A DNA stretch of 63,546 nucleotides from the NCBI GenBank assembly GCA_964354125.1, contig CAYGXW010000003.1, positions 1 to 63,546 on the forward strand. The letters run 5' to 3'. Source of the DNA: an uncultured Dehalococcoidales bacterium. GTDB taxonomy: Bacteria; Chloroflexota; Dehalococcoidia; Dehalococcoidales; G020351185. Positions 35,945 through 43,045 of this stretch are shown one piece after another. Position numbers and translations under genes: made by a program. How positions within the stretch are numbered: the first letter of the stretch is position 1; each line of letters starts with the position of its first letter. Under the pieces are notes generated by a model that worked only from the letters and a program-made list of their open reading frames with translations, ran no database searches and was not told the DNA's origin.

Positions 35945-35973
35945 ATTATAAAAGAAGATTGGACTGTTGTCAA
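35945..35973 (-). promoter_or_regulatory. Consensus internal promoter in front of the GT4 gene
   Basis: On the minus strand: TTGACA (35973-35968), 17-nt spacer, TATAAT (35950-35945). It lies in a block conserved with 20940-20997. Confidence 0.6.
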
Positions 35974-36279
35974 TATTATTGTCTATAAATGTCATATGTC
36001 TATGTAGTTAGTTCTACTAACGCAGAACCTCTTTCCTAACTCTCATCCTGAGCATCTAGCTTTATATGCATTGCCAATTATATAGTGTTCCAGGCAAGCT
36101 TTCACGGTTATATATCACTTCAAAGGTAGCCCGAAGAGATTGCGCTCTGAAGAAGGATGGTGGGCAAGTAGATGGCATAACTGGGGTGACGACAAGCTCT
36201 AAGGCAGTGGTTTATATTGTTGAAGGAACAGCGCTGGAAAAAACTAAATCCCTGAGGTAAAAAGCGAGGGCATGCCACC

Positions 36280-38784
36280 CTAGTCTGATGTATCTATCAA
36301 TTCATCAAGTAAAGGCAGTAATATATCCCTATCTGGACTCTGGGCTAATTTGTCCCGCCACTCATTAGCTACATCAGGAAGTAGCATCTTAAAGTTCGGA
36401 CTCAGGTCAGAAAGTCCTAAGATTACCCTGAAAATGACCCCAGCATCTTCATCTGGAACCAATGACATAGCCGTATTGAATTCGTCAATGCTCTCGTCTA
36501 GGCCAACGCTATAGAAGTCAGTGATACCAAGCATGGCGTGAGGGATCCATTCGCTAGGTATTTCTTGTGTATAGCTTTCTAGAACATTCCCCAATGGGTA
36601 AACCATATCGTACACGATAAGGTTGTAGCACAAGTAATCGAAGTAGCTGAGGTTACTCGGCCTCTCCTGTATTGTCGTGATTATCTCCTGGGTTGCTTCG
36701 TTATCTTTTCCCTCCTCAGCTAACAGCAGACCCGATAAGAAGGAGGTTTCTACCCAATCAGGGTCAACTGATGCCGCATACTCAAGCTTGGTCCGCGCCT
36801 CACTAAAATCTCCTTTAATGATTAATGCCAGCGACCACTTATTTAATATAACGGCATTATCAGGGAATAGTTGCAATCCCTTATCATATAGAGATAAGGC
36901 ATCCGACCACTTATCGTTAGCCCCTATCTGTGCCCAATACGTATATTCATCAGCCAGGAAGAGGTACCAGTATGAAATATAGGGCTCCATCTCTATTGCC
37001 TTTTCATAGGCATAGGTACTGTAGGTCAGAAGGTCTGTCTTTATGGACTCCTTGCCGGTATACAAGGCTATTTCATAAGCATAACCTGCCAGACTGCCCC
37101 AATAGGCTGCCCGCCCTGGTTGTATTTCCGTCGCTCTGCTAAAGGCAAAAACAGCCTCCGGACTGCGTTCTGCCTGGAGCTTTAGCCCTCTTTGCAATTC
37201 CATATCAGCCCGGAACGGTCCAATAGTAAGCATAATACCACTGGCTACTAATAAAACAAGACAGAATATAGACATAAAAGTTCTTGCTCTGGCAGAGGAG
37301 GGTATTATTTCCCTCACCTTTACAGGCTGTTGTCCCACCTCATCCTGAATTGAACTATTGCTTGAGACCAGCCTGCCCATGATCGGCACCAACGCCAGCA
37401 TTAGCCAGAAGACAAGCTCCGCTGACAGCGTGGACGGGTTGAAAAGACTATCAGCCATATATTGAACCATACCAGCCACAATGGCAATCAACAGCAATCT
37501 ATCAATCTCCAGCTTTGCGCTGCGGAGGTAACGCCATGAAAGGTAAAAAAAGAGTACCAGAATGGCTATAAAGCTGGCCAAGCCGAGTAAGCCTATTGTG
37601 GTAGCCAGATATAGGTAGTGATTGTGAGGGCGGTCTATGAGACTGGAAACTGAGGTATAGCTGCTCTTCAGTTCCTCGGGGAAGACACTCTGAAAGGTGA
37701 TAATAAATGTCTCCGGTCCGTAACCGATAAAGGCTCTGATGGGGTTTAGGCTGTCATTTGAAAACGGGACTTCCGGCGTTTTTAAGATGATATCAATAGC
37801 ACTACGCCAATATTGTATTCTACCCTCCCTAATTGTAATCAGTCCCAGTTCTTCAGGGGTAATAATAGCACTTGAATCTGCAACATCCGATTTTTTAGTA
37901 GCGGCACCTGGAAGTAGCATCGGAATCACAATCAAGGTAGCTATTATTCCCAAGGCAAGCAGGCACGTTAGACCAAGGCTAAGAAAAATCTTTTTTCGCT
38001 TGACTATCCCCAGCAGGGTTATAAAAATAATCGGAGCAATAATAAATAGTAAAATAGTAACTGAATACTGCGCCAGCCAGAGGCACCAGAATTGTAAAAC
38101 CAGTAAAACGATTAAGGCAGCCAGAATTAAATTGTTCCTGCCTTCTTTTATCTGATTCCAGGACCTTACTATGAAAGCTAGGGTTAGCGGTATCACCATA
38201 GCCAAGAAAGCGCTGAGCGAAAGGACATTACCTGTGGTAGAAGACGACCTACCACCAAGAGCAGTATGGAAGAGATGATACATAGCCTCTGGGAAGTAAT
38301 ACTCCAGGATGCCCAAAATAGACACCACGGCTGATGACAACAGCAGTGTGTATATAGCTCGGAAAAGCTGCTCTCTATGACGAAGATTGTGTGCCAAAAT
38401 CAGGAAAAACAGTATCCAACAGAGTAAAGTAAGCAACCCCTCCACCCTGTTCAAGCTTCCCCAGAAGCTTATCGCTGGGGTGATTGAAGCTACGGTAGCT
38501 ATAATTGCCAGCAGACCAAATACCAATATAGATAACTGGAGTGGGTTGCCGACAATCTGTTTCCAACTTATCCGATGAAGACTGGATTTACTGTATATCC
38601 AGTCAGCAATGGTAAATGCCAGCATAACGAAAACGAGAAACTGAAACAGCAACGCCTTATTTAAATAGAAAGCATAATGACTTAGAGGATTAAAGAAGAG
38701 AGGGATTAAAAAGATAGCCGCCAGCCAGGATACCTCAAGCGCTTTCTTGTAAATGCTGACCCTTGTATCTATGTTTTTCATCAT
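36280..38784 (-). CDS. Wzy_C (O-antigen ligase/polymerase-like) membrane domain fused to C-terminal TPR repeats; candidate O-oligosaccharyltransferase, ligase or polymerase
   Basis: 834 aa, about 12 TM helices, Wzy_C-type loop motif IDRPHNHYLYLATTIGLLGL, one further TM helix, then ~330 aa of TPR-like repeats. Confidence 0.7.
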   Translation of the reverse strand: MMKNIDTRVSIYKKALEVSWLAAIFLIPLFFNPLSHYAFYLNKALLFQFLVFVMLAFTIADWIYSKSSLHRISWKQIVGNPLQLSILVFGLLAIIATVASITPAISFWGSLNRVEGLLTLLCWILFFLILAHNLRHREQLFRAIYTLLLSSAVVSILGILEYYFPEAMYHLFHTALGGRSSSTTGNVLSLSAFLAMVIPLTLAFIVRSWNQIKEGRNNLILAALIVLLVLQFWCLWLAQYSVTILLFIIAPIIFITLLGIVKRKKIFLSLGLTCLLALGIIATLIVIPMLLPGAATKKSDVADSSAIITPEELGLITIREGRIQYWRSAIDIILKTPEVPFSNDSLNPIRAFIGYGPETFIITFQSVFPEELKSSYTSVSSLIDRPHNHYLYLATTIGLLGLASFIAILVLFFYLSWRYLRSAKLEIDRLLLIAIVAGMVQYMADSLFNPSTLSAELVFWLMLALVPIMGRLVSSNSSIQDEVGQQPVKVREIIPSSARARTFMSIFCLVLLVASGIMLTIGPFRADMELQRGLKLQAERSPEAVFAFSRATEIQPGRAAYWGSLAGYAYEIALYTGKESIKTDLLTYSTYAYEKAIEMEPYISYWYLFLADEYTYWAQIGANDKWSDALSLYDKGLQLFPDNAVILNKWSLALIIKGDFSEARTKLEYAASVDPDWVETSFLSGLLLAEEGKDNEATQEIITTIQERPSNLSYFDYLCYNLIVYDMVYPLGNVLESYTQEIPSEWIPHAMLGITDFYSVGLDESIDEFNTAMSLVPDEDAGVIFRVILGLSDLSPNFKMLLPDVANEWRDKLAQSPDRDILLPLLDELIDTSD

Positions 38785-38810
38785 ATCTTTTCGAATCGGT
38801 TTTACAATGA

Positions 38811-38840
38811 ACGATAGAACATATTCTTTGATAATGTCAA
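38811..38840 (-). promoter_or_regulatory. Possible promoter of the minus-strand glycan operon
   Basis: On the minus strand: TTGACA (38840-38835), with TATCGT 18 nt downstream. It sits directly after the three terminators. Confidence 0.35.
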
Positions 38841-38925
38841 TAGTCAGATAAAGTCAGCAAGCAACTGTATTACTCACCATAAGAGCAACAATCGCTTGAA
38901 TAGTGCAATCCGATAGACAAAAAAG

Positions 38926-38958
38926 AGGGGCTCTCCCAGACTAATTGGGAGAGCCCCT
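38926..38958 (-). terminator. Intrinsic terminator (third in the series, read on the minus strand)
   Basis: 13-bp perfect stem AGGGGCTCTCCCA/TGGGAGAGCCCCT with a 7-nt loop, followed on the minus strand by CTTTTTTG. Confidence 0.7.
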
Positions 38959-39036
38959 ATAATCAAAATCTAGCCCCTTTCCGGGCTTACTGCTTATTGT
39001 GTATAAGGAATATTAGGTCTTATTGGGAATAAAAAG

Positions 39037-39065
39037 AGGGGGTAGTCCGTCACAGACTACCCCCT
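39037..39065 (-). terminator. Intrinsic terminator (second in the series)
   Basis: 11-bp perfect stem AGGGGGTAGTC/GACTACCCCCT with a 7-nt loop, followed on the minus strand by CTTTTTATT. Confidence 0.7.
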
Positions 39066-39080
39066 TCTATGGACACAAAA

Positions 39081-39120
39081 AGGCAAAGTAACCCCCTTAT
39101 CATCAGAGGCTACTTTGCCT
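39081..39120 (-). terminator. Intrinsic terminator-like hairpin (first in the series)
   Basis: 10-bp stem AGGCAAAGTA/TACTTTGCCT with a 20-nt loop, followed on the minus strand by TTTTTGTG. It starts 25 nt after the stop of the 39145-39354 ORF. Confidence 0.45.
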
Positions 39121-39144
39121 TGATTGTCTTTTTGGTCAAGCGTT

Positions 39145-39354
39145 CTAGGCTACGGCTACTTTTTCTCTCTTTCGGCTACGCTTGGGCTTTGCTTCGGCTT
39201 CGGTTACCACTTCTGGCTCGGTAACTGGCTCTGGCTCGGTTGGCTTGGCTTCTGCGGTAGCTTGCTCGGTAGCTTTTGCCTTTGCCTCTTTTTGTGCCTT
39301 ATCGGTTACCATCGGCATAACCACCACTTTATAACCATCGGCACTAAAGAGCAT
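39145..39354 (-). CDS. Small Ala/Lys/Glu/Pro-rich low-complexity protein of unknown function (possibly a gene remnant)
   Basis: 69-aa ORF with a basic C-terminus (KPKRSRKREK). It is followed by three terminators, but its upstream region is antisense to the integrase fragment. Confidence 0.3.
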   Translation of the reverse strand: MLFSADGYKVVVMPMVTDKAQKEAKAKATEQATAEAKPTEPEPVTEPEVVTEAEAKPKRSRKREKVAVA

Positions 39355-39367
39355 TGGCGATAAGGCG

Positions 39368-39760
39368 TTGGAGCGGGCTATGCTGGGGATATCTCTAACC
39401 GATGATGACCTGGTCTTCAGTCACTACGACGGTAAGCCACTATTACCCAATACTGTTAGCCACGCCTGGTTTAATCTGGCGCACCGTTCCGGGCTAAAGC
39501 CTATCAGGTTACATGACGCCCGCCATACCCATGCCAGTATCATGCTTAAACAGGGAGTTCACCCCAAGATAGTCCAGGAGCGGTTGGGTCACTCCAGCAT
39601 ACAGATAACCCTCGATACCTATAGCCATATAACACCAGGACTGCAACAAGCGGCGGCCGTTCGCTTTGACGAGGCTTTTAACACCAGGTATAATGAGCCG
39701 GAAGGTGAGCCTGTTGGAGTGGCTCGAGCGTGCCGAGCGGAAGCGAGCTGCCGAGGCTGA
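39368..39760 (+). pseudogene. Tyrosine recombinase (phage-integrase family), C-terminal catalytic fragment only
   Basis: Contains LHDARHTHASIML...ERLGHSSIQITLDTYSH (R-H-x-x-R...Y catalytic region). The ~200-aa N-terminal part is missing. Confidence 0.75.
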
Positions 39761-39777
39761 GTATCAGGCGGTTTTGT

Positions 39778-39806
39778 GGCGGGACTTGCTTAACTGAAAT
39801 GGGGTG
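39778..39806 (+). repeat. 29-nt direct repeat, copy 1
   Basis: GGCGGGACTTGCTTAACTGAAATGGGGTG. It matches 40889-40917 at 27 of 29 positions. Confidence 0.85.
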
Positions 39807-39830
39807 CAATTATGCCTGTGAGGTGGTAGT

Positions 39831-40880
39831 ATGACATTACCTGATTCGAAAAACAAAGTGGGTGTAATTATGAAGCGAATTTTACTTATATCAGTAATTT
39901 TGGCAGCTATGCTTTTGAGTGCTTGCGGGACTCCTGCCACCATGCCACAACAAGGGGATACATTACCGGTGACGACTGCAAATCCCACACCGAAACCTTC
40001 AGCCACATTTACCATTACCAGTTTTCGCCAGACGTATTATGATCTGGCAAAGGAATGGGCGGAAGTTAAGATAATCTTTAAAACCCACAACACTGGAGAG
40101 GCGCATATAAGCTACTACGAGGTATATTTTACTATTAGATGTGATGATGGTAGTCAATATCAAGCCTTCGATAACGGGAGCGATATATTTATTGGTCAAG
40201 AAAAGCTTGATTGTACAATGGCCCGAGTAGAGGGTAAAAAAGTAACATCCGTAGAAATAGATGATTTCGAACTAACGGCAGGGAGGGTACCTGATGAAGT
40301 TCCTTCAGCCACATTTACCATTACCAGTTTTCACCAGACACAATACTCTACAAGTGAATTGAGTAAATACGTAGATATTTACTTTGATGTCAAGAACAAC
40401 GGAACTGTATATTTAAGGTCCTACACAGTATATTTTACTGTTACATGTGATGACGGCAGCAAATATCAAGATTTTACTAATGGGGGAGACGTATTGGTTG
40501 GCCAGAAATGGTCAGATTATACAATAACGGACGTAGCAATAACAGATGTAGAAAGTAAGAAAGTAGTATCCGTAGAAATAACAAACTGGGAACTAAGTGC
40601 AGGGACACCCCCCTATATAATATATGAAATAACTGGGACGGCTGATGAAGTGGATGTAACGTTGAATAATACTACGGGTGGGACGGAGCAATATACCAAC
40701 GTTTCCGTTCCAGTAAAATACATTTACTATTCATTTTCCGATTGGTTTCTCTATATATCTGCACAAAACCAGGGTGAATCTGAAAGTGTGACAGTTTCCA
40801 TTTACGTAGATGGGGAGCTCTTCAAAACTTCCTCAAGTTCAGGTGCTTATGTGATTGCGACGGCTTCCGGCTCCAGGTAA
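39831..40880 (+). CDS. Secreted lipoprotein with two tandem beta-sandwich-like repeats and an MmpS-like C-terminal domain
   Basis: Lipobox LLSAC after MKRILLISVILAAM (the start may be 39870). There is a duplicated ~100-aa module beginning PSATFTITSF(R/H)QT. The C-terminal YEITGTADEVDVTLNN..GGTEQY...SAQNQG...VSIYVDG pattern resembles the MmpS-like pattern as I remember it. Confidence 0.7.
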   Translation: MTLPDSKNKVGVIMKRILLISVILAAMLLSACGTPATMPQQGDTLPVTTANPTPKPSATFTITSFRQTYYDLAKEWAEVKIIFKTHNTGEAHISYYEVYFTIRCDDGSQYQAFDNGSDIFIGQEKLDCTMARVEGKKVTSVEIDDFELTAGRVPDEVPSATFTITSFHQTQYSTSELSKYVDIYFDVKNNGTVYLRSYTVYFTVTCDDGSKYQDFTNGGDVLVGQKWSDYTITDVAITDVESKKVVSVEITNWELSAGTPPYIIYEITGTADEVDVTLNNTTGGTEQYTNVSVPVKYIYYSFSDWFLYISAQNQGESESVTVSIYVDGELFKTSSSSGAYVIATASGSR

Positions 40881-40888
40881 TCATGGTT

Positions 40889-40917
40889 GGCGGGACTTTC
40901 TTAACTGAAAGGGGGTG
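40889..40917 (+). repeat. 29-nt direct repeat, copy 2
   Basis: GGCGGGACTTTCTTAACTGAAAGGGGGTG, 51 nt upstream of tRNA-Arg. Confidence 0.85.
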
Positions 40918-40968
40918 AGCGTCAGCCGAGCGTCACGGGGAGGAATGACGGGGGGTTTAGTTATGCAT

Positions 40969-41044
40969 GCGCCTATAGCTCAGTGGACAGAGCATCGGTC
41001 TTCGGAACCGAGGGTCGTGGGTTCGAATCCCTCTAGGCGCGCCA
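40969..41044 (+). tRNA. tRNA-Arg (anticodon TCG), CCA encoded
   Basis: Hand-folded cloverleaf: acceptor GCGCCTA/TAGGCGC, D arm GCTC-AGTGGACA-GAGC, anticodon arm TCGGT-CTTCGGA-ACCGA, variable GGGTC, T arm GTGGG-TTCGAAT-CCCTC (one U-U mismatch), discriminator G, then CCA. Confidence 0.85.
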
Positions 41045-41074
41045 TCTTGCCGTAAGATAAAGCCGGGCTAAGAT

Positions 41075-42673
41075 TTAGGTTTTATTTAAAAACTTTCGCA
41101 TAGCAGGATGGAGACCGCTACCAATATTCTCTACAGCTTCGTGTCTGATTTTATTAAGCTCCCTTTGCTTTTCTTCAAACTCAGCCGATGAATAAAGTTT
41201 TTCGGGGTGAAGGTAAATATCATCCACAACCCTGATTGCCCTCGGCACCTTAAAGCCTGTGGGTGAATCTATCCAGTCTTCAAGACCTCCTCTTAACAGG
41301 GAATCCAGTATCCCCATGGTAAATTCCAGTCTTATATCCCTGTAGCGTTCTCCTTCACCTACTCCCCCGGTATTTATCAGGTAGTAATTCAGGTGGGGAA
41401 GACCACTTATTATTTCATAGAATATATTGGCGTGCTCGGCTAGATTACCGGCAACAAAAGGGTCATAGAAAAACTCGCTTCTGATTTTTCCCGCCTGAGT
41501 TGGGTCACCTGCCGAAGATTCCATCGCCTGCCCCAAAACCATCATGGCTGCTGTCTGTTCACATGTTAGTTTTGATATTGCCGGAACCAATGGTCCTCTG
41601 GTAATAAGAATCAGGTTATTAACCTCATCCACATCAATATAGGGGCTGGCATGCATGAAATCCCTTCTCAGCACCACCGCCCTGCCATTTGAGGTTCTTT
41701 GGAAATTATAAAAGTCAAATTCCCCATCCTCGGTGACATAAACATTCTCACAAACTGTCTCCGGCTTTAGTAGACCGTAGTATATTTCAACTTGTTCCCC
41801 GGGATTAACCCCCTCTGTTTTGACAAATATCCCGCAGGCTTCAAAGCCATGAAAGGAACCGTCGGGCATGAGAGAGCCACCATCATCTTGAATAAGCCAT
41901 GATTTCTCATTCCCCTTTCTGGCTAATATTCTACAGGTTGTGGTTGTTTTCCCATTAGCACTCAAGGCAACGAGTAATGTCCTCACCGTCCGGTAGTCTC
42001 CGTGTGATGATTGAAGGTAATCCTCCCTACAGCCGGCATGTAGAAAGATGCCACCCCTTCTGGTTTTGGTTACCCAGTCCTCAGCAGCAAAAACCCCCTT
42101 CTTGTATTCACCAATATAGTTGCCATTTCTGATGAGCTTGACAAACCTTCCGTTATCAAGCATAGCTAATCTTATGGTGATATCCTTTTGGGGAAGCGGC
42201 TTGGATTTATTGGTTTCAAAAGCCTCATCAGCGAAAAATACAATCTGGTAGGTCGGCTCTTTAACCTCCCCCCTTACCGGCAGGAAGAGGTTCTTGCCAC
42301 CATAGGCGACATGGGCAAAACGTTCCGGAACAATCAACCTGACTGTTGTGCCACTATCGGCATTGCCCACGATTCTATCAATGGAAATCAACCTTTCTTG
42401 AGATAAGGCTCTTTCACACTGTGTTAGTAACCTTTTTTCTTCTTCGCCAAAGGGATGGTCAACGCTATTTTTAGTGAACATGGCTGACCTTGAAGTAGGT
42501 TCACTTTTGGCAACAAAGTTGTTATATATTGTTTTCCTGACCCCGGGCTCCTTCTCAACAAGTTGCCTTAACACCTCATCTGAAGGGTTATCAGTCAATC
42601 TGTTTTCTTCTATTGCCTTCTGCCTGATTCTGTCAGCGGTACGGGCAAATTCTTCCAAGTCAAACTTTGACAC
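41075..42673 (-). CDS. ATP-dependent phosphoenolpyruvate carboxykinase family protein (divergent)
   Basis: 532 aa with PEPCK-like blocks: LSANGKTTTT (kinase-1a-like), LIQDDGG, NTGGVG. Confidence 0.6.
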   Translation of the reverse strand: MSKFDLEEFARTADRIRQKAIEENRLTDNPSDEVLRQLVEKEPGVRKTIYNNFVAKSEPTSRSAMFTKNSVDHPFGEEEKRLLTQCERALSQERLISIDRIVGNADSGTTVRLIVPERFAHVAYGGKNLFLPVRGEVKEPTYQIVFFADEAFETNKSKPLPQKDITIRLAMLDNGRFVKLIRNGNYIGEYKKGVFAAEDWVTKTRRGGIFLHAGCREDYLQSSHGDYRTVRTLLVALSANGKTTTTCRILARKGNEKSWLIQDDGGSLMPDGSFHGFEACGIFVKTEGVNPGEQVEIYYGLLKPETVCENVYVTEDGEFDFYNFQRTSNGRAVVLRRDFMHASPYIDVDEVNNLILITRGPLVPAISKLTCEQTAAMMVLGQAMESSAGDPTQAGKIRSEFFYDPFVAGNLAEHANIFYEIISGLPHLNYYLINTGGVGEGERYRDIRLEFTMGILDSLLRGGLEDWIDSPTGFKVPRAIRVVDDIYLHPEKLYSSAEFEEKQRELNKIRHEAVENIGSGLHPAMRKFLNKT

Positions 42674-42744
42674 TTTTATCTCCTTTCTTTATAGTTTATA
42701 TGATACCCTATTTTAGGATTAGATGCCAATATTTAAAATGCATA

Positions 42745-43000
42745 TCAACCTCACCCCCTTAATCCCCCTTTCCTTTCCAAAGAGAGGGGGATGAGATTTT
42801 TATGAATGGGCTACGCCCCTTCAATCTTCCCCTGATTATCCTTAAAAAGAATCAGTGGGAGTTTAATATTTGCTTCGCCCCCTCTTTTAGTCACCCCCAC
42901 GATTAGCATTCGAATTTATAGGGTGTTTAAGAGGGGCTTATGCCCCTCTTTTAAAAATCATTTCCCCTTCCCCTTGGCAAGGGGAAGGGGACAAAGGGGA
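42745..43000. repeat. Cluster of degenerate ~62-nt C-tract/G-tract repeats with strong hairpins (REP/MITE-like)
   Basis: Hairpins at 42762-42792 (ATCCCCCT/AGGGGGAT), 42929-42950 (AAGAGGGGC/GCCCCTCTT) and 42963-42991 (13-bp TCCCCTTCCCCTT/AAGGGGAAGGGGA). Three direct copies of GC(T)nnGCCCCnTC...CCCC start near 42809, 42871 and 42934. Confidence 0.6.
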
Positions 43001-43045
43001 TGGGGTTACCAATAAGAACTAAAACGAGTATGCTAAAATAGCTCT

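Noticed and set aside
36066-36260. 64-aa plus-strand ORF, and a 38-codon minus-strand ORF, in the 396-nt gap between the Wzy_C::TPR and GT4 genes
   Set aside because: Neither has an SD or a recognisable domain. The gap is better explained as 3' UTR plus the conserved internal promoter block. I could not define a convincing terminator hairpin there either.
39368-41044. Classical tRNA-targeted genomic island (tRNA 3' end as attB with an adjacent integrase)
   Set aside because: The integrase remnant lies on the 5' side of tRNA-Arg, separated from it by another gene. I found no second copy of the tRNA 3' end anywhere in the window. I therefore claim only a looser association (integrase scar plus 29-nt repeats).
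40969-41044. Possible pseudo-tRNA, because of a U-U mismatch in the T stem
   Set aside because: All other stems, the TTCGAAT T-loop, the 7-nt anticodon loop with T33 and the encoded CCA are canonical. A single mismatch is tolerated in genuine tRNAs.
42929-42950. Hairpin AAGAGGGGC-TTAT-GCCCCTCTT followed by TT, as a plus-strand intrinsic terminator
   Set aside because: No plus-strand gene ends upstream of it, because the neighbouring PEPCK-like gene is on the minus strand and starts, not ends, here. It is treated as part of the repeat cluster.
42745-43000. Possible CRISPR array, because of the regularly spaced repeats
   Set aside because: The units are degenerate rather than identical, the intervening sequence is itself part of the repeated unit, only 3-4 copies exist, and no cas genes are present. 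This is REP/MITE-like, not CRISPR.
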